DNA of 62,371 nucleotides, counting the filler, from Basidiobolus ranarum (taxonomy: Eukaryota), in assembly GCA_040143965.1 (NCBI GenBank). It is 26 parts of 26 records of this genome, joined end to end, with 100 filler letters (N's around TTAATTAATTAA, not from the genome) between each part and the next. Parts side by side here need not be neighbours in the genome. Positions count along the whole stretch, not along the records: positions 48,100 to 50,396 come from JASJQH010003505.1; positions 50,497 to 52,792 come from JASJQH010003506.1; positions 52,893 to 55,187 come from JASJQH010003507.1; positions 55,288 to 57,582 come from JASJQH010003508.1; positions 57,683 to 59,977 come from JASJQH010003509.1; positions 60,078 to 62,371 come from JASJQH010003510.1; 20 more parts are not named here. The stretch is one strand, 5' to 3'. Positions 48,000 through 62,079 of the stretch are shown one piece after another. Within the stretch, counting starts at the first letter, position 1, and every line of letters begins with the position of its first letter. The notes beneath the pieces are model-generated. The model saw only the letters and a program-made list of their open reading frames with translations, was not told where the DNA came from and searched no databases. The position numbers and the translations under genes are program-made.

Positions 48000-50165
48000 N
48001 NNNNNNNNNNNNNNNNNNNNNNNNNNNNNNNNNNNNNNNNNNNTTAATTAATTAANNNNNNNNNNNNNNNNNNNNNNNNNNNNNNNNNNNNNNNNNNNNA
48101 GTTATTGATATGTCGCTTTTAAGAATTTTCCCACCAAGACTTGCACTTCGACCATTCAATCCGGAGAATGTGCAACGTCAACAATTTAGGTTTGAACGTC
48201 ACGAATAGAGTCATTTGGTATACCTAGAAATTTAAGAACCACACACGCTGTTTCTGATGTAAAGGAGGCAATCGTGAAATAAATGTTGCATGACCTACCA
48301 AGGATATAACTAGAATTGCTGTTTGTTGTAATATCAATCTGCTGACGCTCTATGAACGGTTATTAAAAAAAGATATTAATGATGTACATTTTGCCACCCT
48401 TCACTGTTGGTAGTTAGTCACCTATTATGTGGAGAATAGGTAGATAGTAGCAATGATAATCTGTCTTGAGTGGAATTTGGATGATATTATGGTAAAGATA
48501 TGGTGGTATAGACAAAGTGGTCATAGTCTCAGTTCTGTAAACATTTAGGTTTCACAGAACTCACAATCCTTTCTGCCATGAATGTTGATTCACCCATATG
48601 CCCATTTTTGTATTTATTGCTTCTTTCTTCGGCTATGTAACCATCCAGTATAGATGGTACTTTCATGTATAGTCTATTTACTAAGGTGCTGGAGGACCAA
48701 CCTTTAACTTCCTCATTACTATTCATCTAAACATTATAAAGTTGCACCGTTCACATTCTCGTTTTTTTATCTTTCTTTCACTTACACAAACCGCTTTGTA
48801 CTTAGCTCCAACGATTTTCGATTAGAGAACGTATATTACGTATCGATTACCACTCCGATCATCCCGCTGTCGAGTCCCAACGTAACTACTACCACTGGAT
48901 TTGCAGTCTACTAAGCGACTAGTAATCCTATTTTGCAGCGGAAAATCTTCCTGTGTTGGAATCTCCTCGTCCATAGCAATACCATGACTCTTACCTATCG
49001 GTGGGTTGTTGACCTGGGTTCGCTTAACAATATGGCATACATGTCAAATCCTTTTGGCTTTACTGTTTAAAATTGGTCATCTCTGCTAATAGGCATGCCC
49101 TTGGGAATAATTTCCATTATTCCAATGAGTTAGGTAATTATGGAACATACAAGCTCTAGATTCTGCCGGTTCTGTATGGGGCAATCGATCTATCAGTAGA
49201 TTGTAACGATTTGTTATCGCCCCAGTTAAGCAACATGAATACAGAAATGGAAAGAGAAGTAGCAAACCAGACTGCTCAAGTTCAAAGCGCATTCGTACTC
49301 CACATTTCGACAATTTAGGTAGTGACCAGAGAATTTTTGAATGAACTCCCGCTCCTGCATCACATCCACAGTGAACGCAAGTAGAAACCATCATTGCTTA
49401 ATTTTCTATAGAAACTTCGATCATTCAATGAGGTTGTCCAAATTTCCGATCGGCGAGAGAATCACTATTTTCCAATATGGCCGTATCATTATTTCCTTAA
49501 ATGGATAATTTTGGTATTGCGTTTTCTATTACTGCCACAAGTATCTTGTCCAATGATATCTCAATCATGAAGTTCTAATCACTAATCAATAGCTATTGGG
49601 TGAACTTCGATTTTAAGTTACTAGGCCATATCCCAATTTCTGGAATACTTGATGAATCCGGATTCAATCCGTATTTTTTGTGGTTGGTATGATTTTCTCA
49701 TAAAATCCGGTAGTGGAGAACTTGTTTATTACTTCAACTAGGGGCCGAGTGGCTTTAAGCTTCACACTCTCCACACTCTATTTTTATCACTTAATTATAT
49801 AATGATTAAAGAATTTAATTCTCTTTCTTATTTCGAATGCAATAATAAGAATACTAAGTTATATCAAGATGTTCTGACTGTACTTGAAATGGTCTGGCTT
49901 AGTTACTGTGCATATGGTGGGAAAAATATCCAATATTTAGTTTAGTTTCATTGAGAATAGGAAAGTGTAGGCTAAAGTCACAGGCTACTGTATTGGTTGG
50001 TTAAACACTACTTTATTCCACGGGAGTATTCTTTGGTCCGCTTACGTTAAGACTCATGGTAAATGGATTCGAATAGAGGGCAACGAACTGTATAAAAGGT
50101 GCACAATCTATTTGTGAGTAGGCATCATCCCGAGATTCAAGTTGCTCCCTGCTCAACAAACTAGA

Positions 50166-50396
50166 ATGTTCAAATCAGCCATTACTCTTTCTCTCTGCCT
50201 CCTATCTGCTCAGGCTATTCTTGGAGCTCAATTTGCAGGATATGCTGATCTTCACCAGAAGTCATCTCTGAGCAAGCGTGACTACAGTGGAGATGGTACT
50301 TACTTCACTCCTGATCGGGATGCGTGCTCGAAGCGAGGCGATACCTCCAGTGAGAACGATATGATTGCTGCCCTTAGTAAGTATCAATTTGGCCAA
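50166..50396 (+). CDS. Secreted RlpA-like double-psi beta-barrel (expansin/loosenin-like) protein, 5' part
   Basis: TATAAAA at 50091; signal peptide; KR Kex2-type site; YSGDGTYF...DAC...SENDMIAALS motif. Truncated by the contig end. Confidence 0.82.
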
Positions 50397-50899
50397 NNNN
50401 NNNNNNNNNNNNNNNNNNNNNNNNNNNNNNNNNNNNNNNNTTAATTAATTAANNNNNNNNNNNNNNNNNNNNNNNNNNNNNNNNNNNNNNNNNNNNTTTG
50501 TATTGGTCCTTGTAGTCTCTAACACCCCAACTCTCAAACTTACCACAGTATATTCCCTATTAAGTATATTATGTTTCACCCTGCAATATCTATACAAGCC
50601 TCATGTATTCCTTTATCAGACTGAGGTCTGATGAATGCCAGTTATCATAAAGATTCTTGCCAAAGTATCTTCCTTGTCCAGTCTTCTCTTGTCTTGTCTT
50701 GTGGTCTACGCCCAAGTACTCTCCTGCCTTCTAGCCTCTTGTTGTTGTTCCCAGTTCTTGTCCAGTTCCTTATTGTGACAGCAACAAAAGGGTACAGACT
50801 CCATGACACTTAAAATAAGGGGGCCAATCAAGTCAAGGGACATGGCATTACTGAAGAAGAAAGTTTTTAATCAAAACAATTGAGGATCAAGAAAACAAC

Positions 50900-52633
50900 C
50901 AAAAATTGACGAGATCAATAATGGAAAAGAGAATATCAAAGTTTCACGATCAAGATTTACCAAAAAGGCTCTGGGGTGAATTGGTTGCAACTGCAGTATG
51001 TATTATGAATAGATTTCCTTCAAGATCTCTATTGGCTATGACACTTTATCAAGCTTGGTTTGGAAGTAAACTTGATGTGGCTAATCTTATGTTTTGTGGA
51101 AGTACTGCATATGCAATGATTCCAGACCAGAAGGGAACAAAATTAGACCAATAAAGCCAGAAATGTCTTGTTTTGAGATATTTTGATGCGACACAAGGGT
51201 ACAGACTCTACAACACTGAAAATAAGAAGCTAATCAAGTCATGGGATGTGGAATTTGCTAAAGAGGAAAAGTTTTCAATCAAAACAATCCAGGATCAAGA
51301 ACAACAACCTAAAATTGATGAAAATTCTTCTTTCTCTCACCAGATCCTGATCAGTAGGAAAAATGTTGGAAATTCCTCACCAGCAGTCTCCTCAAATAAG
51401 CCAGAGATGGCTTCATTGCCTAAATTGGTACCCAAAGTTGTAGTGCCAATTTCTCATCTTAGGAGATCCAATTGGATGAGATCTCCACCTGATTACTACT
51501 CTAACACTAGCCAAAAGGAGCCTGATGCTAATTTAGCCTTTTCTGATGAGCTCAAATCATTATAGGAGGCTACTGAGAGTCCCAACACAATGTTCTGGAG
51601 TGCTGCAATGGTAGGGGAGTATCAATCACTCATAGATAACCAAACTTGGACTTTGGTTAAGTTACCTGATGATCAAAAATCAATTGGCTGCATATGGGTG
51701 TTTAAACTTAAACAGCAAGCTGATGGAGCTGTAGAAAGGTATAAAGCCAGACTTGTAACTAAAGGATACTCCCAATTAGAAGGAGTGGACTACAATGAAG
51801 CATTGACTTCTGTAGCAAAGTTTAATTCCATTAGAAAGGTACTAGCAGTGGCAGCAAAGTAGAGGTCAAAAATCCATCAAATGAATGTTAAAACTGCTTT
51901 TTGGAATGGGGCTTGGAAGAAGATATTTTCGTGGATCAGCCAGATGGTTTTGTGGATCCTGAGCACCCTAAGGATGTGTGTAAGCTACAAAAACACCTTA
52001 TGGACTTAAATAATCACTCAGGGCCTGGTACACTAAGATAGACACATACATGAATCTCTTGATTTCCAAAAGAGTATGGCAGATTTTGGGAACTACTTTA
52101 AAACAGTTAAGGACAGTAAGGCAATACTTGCCTTATATGTTGATGATCTGATTATAGCTACCAATAATGATGAAGCCCTCAGGAACACCCAATGCATCTA
52201 TCAGTTCAATTGAAGATGACCAATGTAGGTGACCTTACATTTATTGGGCCTGCTGATCCATACAGATATATTGAGCAAATCTATTACTCTGAATCAATCT
52301 AAATACATCTCAGACTTTCCCAGACATTACAGGATGAAGAATTGTAAGCTAGTAGCAACTCCCATTGCTCCAGGTCTGAAACTAGTCAAAAATCCCATCA
52401 AAAATGATGATAATCAGCTAAAAATGGCTCAAAATATATCATTTGAAAGCCTTGAGTTCCCTTATCAATATATTTTAGGTAGCTTCATCTATGCCATGAC
52501 TGGGACCCAGCCATATATCTCTTTTGCAGTGGGGGTAGTTAGCCAACATGTGCCAAACCTAGGATCTGAGCATTATGTAGCCATTAAATGGATTTTCAAA
52601 TATTTGAAGAGGACACTTGATCTGGGATTAAGA
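50900..52633 (+). mobile_element. Copia pol: integrase C-terminus, linker and RT (degenerate)
   Basis: LWGELVATAVCIMNR, WVFKLK...RYKARLV, ALYVDDLII and IFKYLKRT motifs. Confidence 0.93.
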
Positions 52634-52792
52634 GACTTGTTCCATTTTATTGAGCCAGATCAGGCCAGCTAAAAAGTGTGACAGCACAAATTGGCATGAT
52701 TGGGCACTATCCGGCACGATGTTATTTACCATTTTGGAAACAGTATATTTTACTTATGTGGTATGTTTAAGAAAAGTACTTTTAGACATTAT
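52634..52792 (+). mobile_element. GACTTGTTCCA TIR element end, second copy
   Basis: Near-identical to the reverse complement of 8460-8617. Confidence 0.7.
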
Positions 52793-52892
52793 NNNNNNNN
52801 NNNNNNNNNNNNNNNNNNNNNNNNNNNNNNNNNNNNTTAATTAATTAANNNNNNNNNNNNNNNNNNNNNNNNNNNNNNNNNNNNNNNNNNNN

Positions 52893-53566
52893 GAGCTAAA
52901 CCTTGGGTATGAAGAATTCTATAAAAATATTCAGGAGAATATATCAAAGAGACTAGGGATTTTGAAGGTGACAAATTAGCATTCAAGTGGTAATTGTGTA
53001 AAAATATGAGTTACATTTTTTGCACATGTGTTGATCCATAGTTCTCTGAGATTGTAGCCAATCATGCACAACTATTTAACAAGATCTTGAAATTTCACTC
53101 CTGAAACTGAAAAAATTGATTAAAATCAAATCTAACTTGATGATTTTATGACAGTAAGTAAATGATCAATCGCAAATGGATTAATATTGTGATGGTTTTC
53201 CTACAATAACAATCCTCAAATTTCTGTTAGGGTATATCCTAGGCATGAAGTAGTTTGTGACAATTTTTAGGAGAAGATAGCAAAGAAACTGGAGATTTTG
53301 AAGGTGACACATTAGCATTTATGGGGTAAATTTTTAAAATTTGGGTTAAAATTTTAACATATGTGTTGACCCATAGTTTTCTAATACTGTGGCCAATTGT
53401 GTGGAACTACTTTGCAAGATCTTTAAGTTTTGCTCTTGAAATTGAAAAAATCAATTAAAATCAAACCTATCTTGATGATTTTGTGATGGTGTGTAAATGA
53501 GCAATCATTAAGGCATCAAATATGTGACAGTTTTCTGACAACAACCATCCTCAAATTTCTGTAGGG
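52893..53566 (+). mobile_element. Two CMC left ends in tandem (young copy ending 53232, older copy ending about 53566)
   Basis: CAATCCTCAAATTTCTGTTAGGG and CCATCCTCAAATTTCTGTAGGG. Confidence 0.85.
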
Positions 53567-53619
53567 GTACTTTAACAAGTCCCTGCATTAGATATATACC
53601 TGCACAGCCCTAATATGTG

Positions 53620-54590
53620 AGTTCCAGAATGTACCAGAGGCTTAGAATATCCCCAATATGAAATTGTAGTGATCTGCAATAGCTGATGAGCACCAGGCTT
53701 TGATTGATAATTAAACTTGAATTTTGACCAGTTTACCAGAGTAGAGAAAATCAGTTGGCTGCCAATGGATGTTCATGGTTAAATACAAACCTGATGGTAC
53801 AATGAAAAGGAACAAGGCTTAACTAGTAGCCATATGCCTGCTTTAAACACTGGAATAGATTATTCAAAAACTTTTGCTTTTGTAATAAAGTTCAATTCTA
53901 TTAGATTGCTTTTAGCAATTTTGGCAAAACTTTGGTTGATCTTACATCCAATAAATATTAAAACATTGTTTTTGAGAAGTGAGTTTACTGTGGAGATCCA
54001 TATGGACCATCCATATTGGTTTGCATATCCAGAAAACACTGAACAGTTTGCTGAATTTATTAATCACTCTATGGCTCAAAACTATCTCTAAGAGGTTTAA
54101 ATAGCAAAATTCACACTTTTTTGGAAATACAAGTATTCTAAAAGAGTAACAGTGATGATAGTATCTACTTCAGGCCAGATAAGTCAAGCCCCATTTTATT
54201 AGCCTTATATGTGGGTGATCATATTATAACAACCAATCACTTGAAAATCTGGGAGGAAACTAAACCCTACATATCTGCCAAATTCAAAATGACTGATCTT
54301 GATGAGCTGACAAACTATTTTGGAATCTAAATAGAGACAGATAGAGGTAGTAAAACCATAGCTTTGAGCCAGCCTAACCATATCCTAGATATATAAAAGA
54401 AGTTTAAAATGTAAGAATGTAATCCAGCATCCATCCATTGGAAACAAATCTTAAACATATATTGTGCAAATCAGACATTTTTGGATTCAAATGAGCACCA
54501 GAAATCTCCTTATTAATTCATGGTTGGTAATTTGATGTATATCATGTCTGGAGTATGTCCAGATATTGCAGATTCTGTAGGAGCTATGTA
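53620..54590 (+). mobile_element. Copia RT, degenerate
   Basis: GIDYSKTF, IKFNSIRLLLA, ALYVGD and KFKMTDLDEL motifs. Same family as 8620-9558. Confidence 0.9.
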
Positions 54591-55051
54591 GGAATTCTCT
54601 CAAATTTGTTGATATGATCTAATCACAGTTATTACAAATTGTTTTCACCAACTTACAAGTTAGCATATATGTAGAGTTTTCAAAGTTATTGTAAATGCCC
54701 CAAACTTGGTATACATGATCTCAAGACCTTCTTTAATATACTTACATGTTTGATTGTTTATCTCCTGGCAAAACCATAAATGTCAACTTTCTATCCAACA
54801 CATAAATGAGCGAAAGCACCAATTATTCTAGTTCTCCAAAACACTTCCAACAAACTTCAAAAATACTTCAGCAGTTGAAATAATAGATTAGTGATTATTG
54901 AGCTGTTTTGATTCCCAAAAACCTGGACTTCATATGTTTGTGGTTGAGAATTTTTATTGGAATCCCTGATTTTACTGATATTTGGATAAAGATTTTAACT
55001 CTGTTTTGTGTGCTTTACTCATACTATTCCTATTCTTCTTAAAGGTCTGAT

Positions 55052-55187
55052 TGTTGAAATTAGCATTGCCTAAGCACCTATATAGTCATATATAGCTTAG
55101 TACTTAGTTATCTTATAATTTACCAAGATATTTTCCATTATTCTCAATTGGAATTTACTTAGAAGTTCTCAGATATATAGATTTTTC
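55052..55187 (+). repeat. Family A LTR, 5' part
   Basis: TGTTGAAATTAGCATTGCCTAAGCACC. Confidence 0.85.
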
Positions 55188-55287
55188 NNNNNNNNNNNNN
55201 NNNNNNNNNNNNNNNNNNNNNNNNNNNNNNNTTAATTAATTAANNNNNNNNNNNNNNNNNNNNNNNNNNNNNNNNNNNNNNNNNNNN

Positions 55288-57388
55288 GCTGGATATTTTG
55301 TCAGACACTTCCTGAATAGTGCCAATTGTGGTTTCTGGATCAAAAACTCTGATATGAGGCAATAAATATGCTTTTTCATCCAAAATCACATCTCTGCACT
55401 TAATTAATATCTGATCTTAGGTATCAAACAGTCTGTAGGTCTTAGATCCATCACAGTAACCAAGAAATAAGCATTCTCTGCTTTTGGGATCCAATTTGGA
55501 GCATTTTTGACATAGAATTAGGCAATAAGCTACTCAACCAAAGATCCTGCAATGATCCACACTTGGTTTTGATCTATGTAAGGCTTCAAACGGAGCAGAT
55601 TTATGTATCAATTTTGTGAGGTATCTGTTTTTCACATAGCCTGCAATGGAAACAGATTCAGCCCAATATTGGTGATCCAACTATTGATTATGTAACATTG
55701 ATCTTGCCTTCTCCACTATGGTCCTATTAGCACATTGTGCAACTACATTTATCTGTGGAGTATAAGGTACAGTAGTGTGTTGCTTAATTCCCTGTTTAGA
55801 ACAAAACCCAGTAAAGTCTCCAGAACAGTATTGTTCCCCATTATCACTCCTTGGTACCCTTATTTTTGTCCTGCTTCTTACCCTACTATTGCTTTGTAGT
55901 GCTTGAATGCAGCTACGGCTTCAGATTTTGATTGGAAAAAGAATACCCAAGGTCATCTTGTTTTGTCATCATTAAAGATCATAAAGTGCCTTTTCCCACC
56001 TAGTGAGATGTTTTTTATGGGCCCACAAAAGTCAGAATGAAACAGGGCAATATTCTGAGTGGATTTGATCTCTCCAGCAGTTGAAAATGGCCCTTTGTGA
56101 TGTTTTCCATATATGCAACCTTCACACAATCTAATTTAGTGATTTTTTCAATTTCTAAGCCTGAAACAAGCTGATATCCAAACATTTGGGTTAGTTTGTG
56201 TTTTCCAATGTGGCAGATTCTTCTATGCCACATTTGATAGCTTGTTTCACCAGCTTTGGCCAAGTTTGCACACTCAGAATGCAAGTTGATTATTTCTAGC
56301 TTGTATAAGTTTTGAGTTTTAATCCCAGTATCTAATTTGTTACTATTCTGATCTGAGATAGTGTGTCCAGCCTTGCTGAATGCAAAGCTCAGTCCTCAGG
56401 TAGTTGCTTGGCTTACTGAGAGTTGATTCTTGGCTATATTTGGTACATAGAGTACATCATCTAATTTTGCATATGGGGTAACTGAGTTTTGGTCTTGATT
56501 GAGTACATCTGTGCCCTTACCTACTGCACCTAGTGCATAGTCTTCACCTAGGTAGACTTTCCTTGTTTGGATTGGTTACAAGCTGGAAAACCAGTTTTTC
56601 TTGTTTGACATATGCTGGGAAGTTCCTGAAGCAATGTACCAGGTTTTTCAGTCTTCTTTAGTTGTTACTGATAGGGCAGACACAAGTAGATGATCCCCAT
56701 CAGTGCTTTAGTTTCAAATAGTCCCTCAAGTGTTTCCCAGGCATTTCAGAAATTTTGGGCTAGTTGTATAAGCCTCAATTGATAGTCTCCAAGATATAGA
56801 TAACGTGAACAGAGTTCTTTCCTCTGCTTCTTTTGAAAGGCAAGAATAGCTTCTGGTGGTCCCATTGACTCTATTTCTTCTCCTGTAACAAATCCCCAAA
56901 GGTCCTTGTCTTTTAGCACCATTTGCTTCTTGAACTTCCAAAGGTGAAAGTCTTCACTATGAAACTTCTTTGTGGATGAAAGACATTGGTAATAGTACTG
57001 ATAGACATTCCTTTGACAGCTAGCTTGTGGCTCCTAACTTGATTGAAGTGTTTAGAGAATTTGGAAGTGTTTTGGACTAGATCAGGATTTGTGAATTAGA
57101 CACTTAAGTTTTATTGAATTGAATTTGTCCACTTATAGTTTGCTATGAAGTAGGCCTGTTGGATGTGCTAGATCATAACAAACATGCCTGTTGAGCATGC
57201 GTGGAGATTAGAGGTGCTTTGCATAAGTTTTGAGAACAAAGTGAAATTTGATAAAAGTGAACTAATTAATATTTCTGTCAATTGAATCATTAAACACACA
57301 TTTTGATTGGCAGAATTGAGTGCTAAATTACCAGAATATGAACAAACTAACTACTAAATAATGAGTTGCTATTTACCTAATTGCAACA
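55288..57388 (-). mobile_element. Copia family B element with an internal gag deletion: LTR (57040-57388), gag, protease, pre-integrase and integrase
   Basis: LTR matches family B. WYIASGTSQHM, WHRRICH, DNGEQY and TVPYTPQ motifs. Gag jumps at about 56710-56725 relative to 39520-40010. Confidence 0.9.
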
Positions 57389-59006
57389 TCAACAGGTAGG
57401 ATCAATATTTCACCATGTTGATGAAAGTGTTTAGCTGGCTCTGAGCTTGATTTGAGGGCAATAATAAGGTTCCCCAACTCATCTGGCAGGCTCCCCAGTA
57501 GCGTCATCCCTCCCTCAACTTCATTTGGTGTGGCTCCAATGGATGAGACCAGATCAGCCATAGTTTTTATCCGATTTATATGNNNNNNNNNNNNNNNNNN
57601 NNNNNNNNNNNNNNNNNNNNNNNNNNTTAATTAATTAANNNNNNNNNNNNNNNNNNNNNNNNNNNNNNNNNNNNNNNNNNNNAATTTCATTGGGCCGAAT
57701 ATAGCTAACATATCTGGAGAGGACTGGAACATGCGCGCCAATATTTTTCCGAGGTGCATAGGACGCTAGTGGGATTCTTCAGGAGTGAGTATGACTTCCT
57801 CACTCAACATAAAATCGGGAATGATGAAGTCAGTGCTAGGAATAGCCATATTCTCATTTTCGGGGTAGACGGCGACTTGAGTTCGAGCAAGATTCTCAGT
57901 TAGTGTACTTAGTTTAGCATCGTATGCATTAATGAGGGAGGCGAAGAGGAAGACCTCGATAAAGGTAATTTGAGGGTACTTATTTGGAATGCCAAACCCA
58001 TTGTTGATAAGCAAACAAAGGCTATCAGAAAATCAGGCCAAAGCAAGCCATTTTATACAGGCAATTTTGTTTTATCATTGGCGCAACCATGTTGAAATGG
58101 TGATACTTAGGATTAAGCATTCACTACATTTAAGTGTGAGTTTAATAAATACTATATATACGTTACAATATTATTGACAGCTCTTGGCATTTATGAGCCT
58201 AAAGCAGCCGAATATATTTCAATAATTTTGCAAACTAGTAATGATCAGTCTTTTTTTAGTAGCACTAAGATGAGCACTTAACTTAGCAAATTCAATCTTA
58301 ATATATAGGAAATATAACCGCTTGTGATGTTGAAGAAATGCTGCGTTAAATGAATTATAGAGTTGTCAATACTGGCCAAATTTAATGAATGAGCGGCAGT
58401 TACTCTGTGAAAATCCTCCATCTGAGATATCATCAAGATGTTGTGTTGATTTAATACTTAATCGATAGAAACCATGATTTCTATTACTAGTACGAAATGC
58501 TAATATAGAGATACTGAGTTAACTATAGATTTATTATTAGTACCAAAATTGGAGAAATGCGTAGTAGTGATCTAAGTTTAATTTTAATATTTGGTTTTGA
58601 GATTTAACTTCATATTGTGCTGCTTATAATCAGTACCCTAAACAATATCACTAAAACTTAAAACTTAGTAAAATCAAAAGTGCACTGGTAACCTTGCAAA
58701 AGTCTTATAAATTGCATCATTTACAACAAACCCAATTTTGATTGGAGCAATTGAAAAGAAACATCACAATATCAAATCCACCTAAGGACTTGTAAGTGAC
58801 AGCTGGAACCAGAGTCAGGAGTCTATCTAACCCGGATATTGGACTAACAATAGAAACTGTATCTAACTTTACAACAAATACTTTTGGAAACTTGATGACT
58901 TGGTAGCAATACTTGGGTTATCTAAGTATAATAGTGTGAAACTATGACACAGAAATAACCTATGCACTAGAATGGATCTTGAGGCCTTAGAAATTACTAA
59001 ATGTGA

Positions 59007-59381
59007 TATTGGGAAAATATGGGCTATTTGGAGGAACTTTAGAAAAGTCAAGTTATGATTTACTTGTGGGATAATAGCTTATTATCAAGATATAAAGCAT
59101 TTATACATTTTGGTAAAAATACAGATAACTAACACAGGGGTTGTGCTCAAAACATCTGTAGAAGTAAAATGAGCTATATGTGTGGCCATTTGGACAAGTT
59201 TATAGTTCCTGCATAGAATTGCTAATATCAGATAATTCACACATATATAAAATATATGTTCCAATTTTCAGCCAAGTGATATTTGACTAAGTAGTGTTGA
59301 CTAACTTATATGTGATATATGAAATAGTTAGGTGTATAAAGGTAGAGATAACAAATATGATAAAGACAATCAATTTCAACA
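59007..59381 (-). repeat. Solo LTR, copia family C, with 5-bp TSD TGTGA
   Basis: Matches 23058-23435. TGTGA flanks it at 59002-59006 and 59382-59386. Confidence 0.9.
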
Positions 59382-59714
59382 TGTGAAGGTGTTGAAGTTA
59401 AATTTGGCAATGAGGTCATGACTAGATTCTGTTAAGAAAAGGGTCTTCAGCAACAATGTATTATTCCATATAGTGTAGAATGAAATGGAGTTGCAGTAAG
59501 AATGAATAGGACCTTTGTGGAGAAAGCTTGTGTCATGCTGACTGATTCAGATCTGTCTATGATCTATTGAGGTGAGGAAAGTTCAACAGCAACATATGTT
59601 AAAATTAGAGGTCCAATGCATAGCCACCAGGATTCTGATGCTCCTATGGAAATTTAAACCAGAAACAAGCATACTCTGATTCATCTCAGAAAGGCAATTA
59701 AACATATCCTATAG

Positions 59715-59852
59715 CCATAACAAAAATACACATAATCTGCTCCAATCTGGGATTGAATACACCCTTCTGGATTGCAAAACCATCAGAGGACCATCACAGT
59801 ATTGGTGGCTTGCATTCTGCCAAGGATTCAATGGTGAGATGTTGGCTTCTTG
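59715..59852 (-). mobile_element. Degenerate CMC right end
   Basis: CCATAACAAAAATA... aligns with 42552-42682. Confidence 0.7.
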
Positions 59853-59977
59853 TATTGAAATTATTTAGGGAGAAATATTGGTCTGGCAAGGATTTGAACC
59901 TGGGGCCTCCTTCACTCTAGCAAGGTGCTCTAACCACAGAGCTACCAGTCCTTGTATGCAATGCCTATATTGCTAGG
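59853..59977 (-). mobile_element. Second copy of tRNA-containing LTR D (truncated by the contig end)
   Basis: Aligns from the same terminal base as 33093, but in a different flank. Confidence 0.85.
59879..59951 (-). ncRNA. tRNA-derived cloverleaf inside LTR D, copy 2
   Basis: GGACTGGTAGCTCTGTGGTTAGAGCACCTTGCTAGAGTGAAGGAGGCCCCAGGTTCAAATCCTTGCCAGACCA, with a perfect GCTC/GAGC D-stem. Confidence 0.8.
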
Positions 59978-60077
59978 NNNNNNNNNNNNNNNNNNNNNNN
60001 NNNNNNNNNNNNNNNNNNNNNTTAATTAATTAANNNNNNNNNNNNNNNNNNNNNNNNNNNNNNNNNNNNNNNNNNNN

Positions 60078-60703
60078 CTTGAACATTGAATTAGCAAATT
60101 GACTTTAACATCAAGACAAATTATGTTAAAGGCACTTGGTTCTTCTTTAACTTGGAGTAAAACTTCAGATTTAGATAGTTTTTTATTGTTTCCTTCTCCT
60201 ACAACAGTGTCTCAAAGTACTTTTTCTTGCAGCAGTATTTTCATTTTAACTTTTCAAGCTTTAAAATTGGTTTCATCCAGTTTTTCAGAAGAGGGAGTAA
60301 TTTCATAATTTGGGAGGTACATATTACGGAGAGTGCAAGCTTGGGGCTCATAACCTGTTAAAGTACTTGGGAGCCTGTTGGAAGTAGTTTGGAGAATTAG
60401 AGGAATCGGTGTATTTGACTTTTTGATTTATTGAGCAGAAAGTTAACATTCATAGTTTTGTCAAGATGTAAACAGACAAGCATGTAAGGTGTGTTAAGGA
60501 AGCTCCCAGGAACATTTGTGCAAAGTTTGGGACTTCTACCACAAGCTTGAAAAATCTACATATCTGAGAACATCTAAGTAGAAAAAAATGTTGTAAGTAA
60601 ATTCCAATTGAGAAAAATGGATAATATCTTAGTGAAATACAAGATAACTCAGTACTAAGCTATATATGACTATGTAGGTGCTCAGGCAGTGCTAATTTCA
60701 ACA
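60078..60703 (-). mobile_element. Copia family A: 5' LTR (60356-60703), PBS and gag start
   Basis: 348-bp LTR TGTTGAAATT...TTTAACA with PBS at 60343-60355. Confidence 0.9.
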
Positions 60704-60939
60704 GAGGTTTGTGTACTACTGTTGTGGCATCTTCAAGCTCAGTAAGGGCTTCACTATCATTCTCAAAAACTTGTTGTCTTGGTCTTGTGGGGTCAGTGAT
60801 GTAATTTTTGCTTAGTAAGAAAATTCTTAATATATTCCAATTGAAATAATTGATAATATTGTAATCAATTATGAAATAAGTAAGTACCAAGCTATAAATG
60901 ATGTTATAGGTGTTTAGGCAATGTTAATTTCAACATCTC

Positions 60940-61205
60940 TATTGCTTCTCTAAGAAAAGGATATTTAATATTCATATGTTTTGCTATAGCATCAAATGTA
61001 GGGTTTTAATCTAATGAAAAACAACTTTGATTTTCTTCAAATACAGTAATAGCATAATTTGACATGTCCCAAATCTGTAGATAATTTCCTCAAACACATA
61101 GCTTCTTGTGTAGTAGCAGAGGCAGCAATATACTCTGCTTATGCAATGTTAAGTGCTAAAGTTGGTTGCTTCTTGCTCTTCCAAGTTATGGCACTGTTGC
61201 CTCTC
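60940..61205 (-). mobile_element. Copia RNase H fragment
   Basis: AITWKSKKQPTLALNIA*AEYIAASATTQEAMCLRKL on the minus strand. Confidence 0.85.
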
Positions 61206-61654
61206 AAATCCAAACCTTCCAAGCAAAAAGAGTTCATACCTTTAGTTTGAAACCAAACCCCAGACAAAGCATTGGCATCTTTGGCATCTGCCACCTGAAA
61301 ATTAAATAACAAAAGCAAAATCTTTGATTAATCCACACCTACCTTTACACATTGTACAATATGCAATCCTGATGGCTTTAAATGATAACTAATATGTTTC
61401 TTTTAATTTTTTCTTAGGATTAAGAATTTTGATCAAATGTCTGATGTAGAAGAATTCTTTTCCTCAGACAGTTTTGTTTGAAACATGGAAATAAGCAATG
61501 AACCACTATACCTTACACTCAATAGTAAAATGGAGTTGCATAACATACTGTTTGGACCATAGTGGAGATGTCTAGATCAATTTAACGCGATCAAAAGTTA
61601 GAATACCAATATTGTGATTAATTTGTTCATGGCATTTGGAAGTGTTTTTTTCAA

Positions 61655-61966
61655 CATTTGGATTTGTGAATTAAACACTTGAGATTTGTTGAGTTAAATA
61701 TGTGCTATTTATAACTTGCTATGAAGTAGCACTGTTTGATGTGTAAATATCATAACAAACATGCCTGCAAAGTATTGGTGAAACTTTGAGTAGGTTTGAA
61801 GAAGTTGTGAGAAAATAGTGACAATTGGTAAATGTGATCTAAATGATATTTCTATCAATCAGAGCAGTACACACATGCTTTTAAATGGCAGAGTTGAGTA
61901 ATAAATAATCCAATTATGAATAAACTAGCTATTAAATAATGAGTTGCTATTGACCTTTTTTCAACA
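61655..61966 (-). repeat. Family B LTR, partial and degenerate
   Basis: Matches 41350-41660. Confidence 0.8.
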
Positions 61967-62079
61967 TTCCCAGCCAACTAATTATTTTACATATTTATAT
62001 GAGTAAACTACTAAGTCACAAGTTGCTATATACCTAGTCTCAACATACCCACTTAACTAATTATTTTGTATATTTCTTA

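Noticed and set aside
48500-49400. Possible decayed gene in the unique region
   Set aside because: No frame gave a recognisable or sustained product.
57683-58090. Minus-strand membrane-protein gene
   Set aside because: It looks gene-like and has normal CpG, but it has stops and frameshifts and no motif I recognise. It cannot be called.
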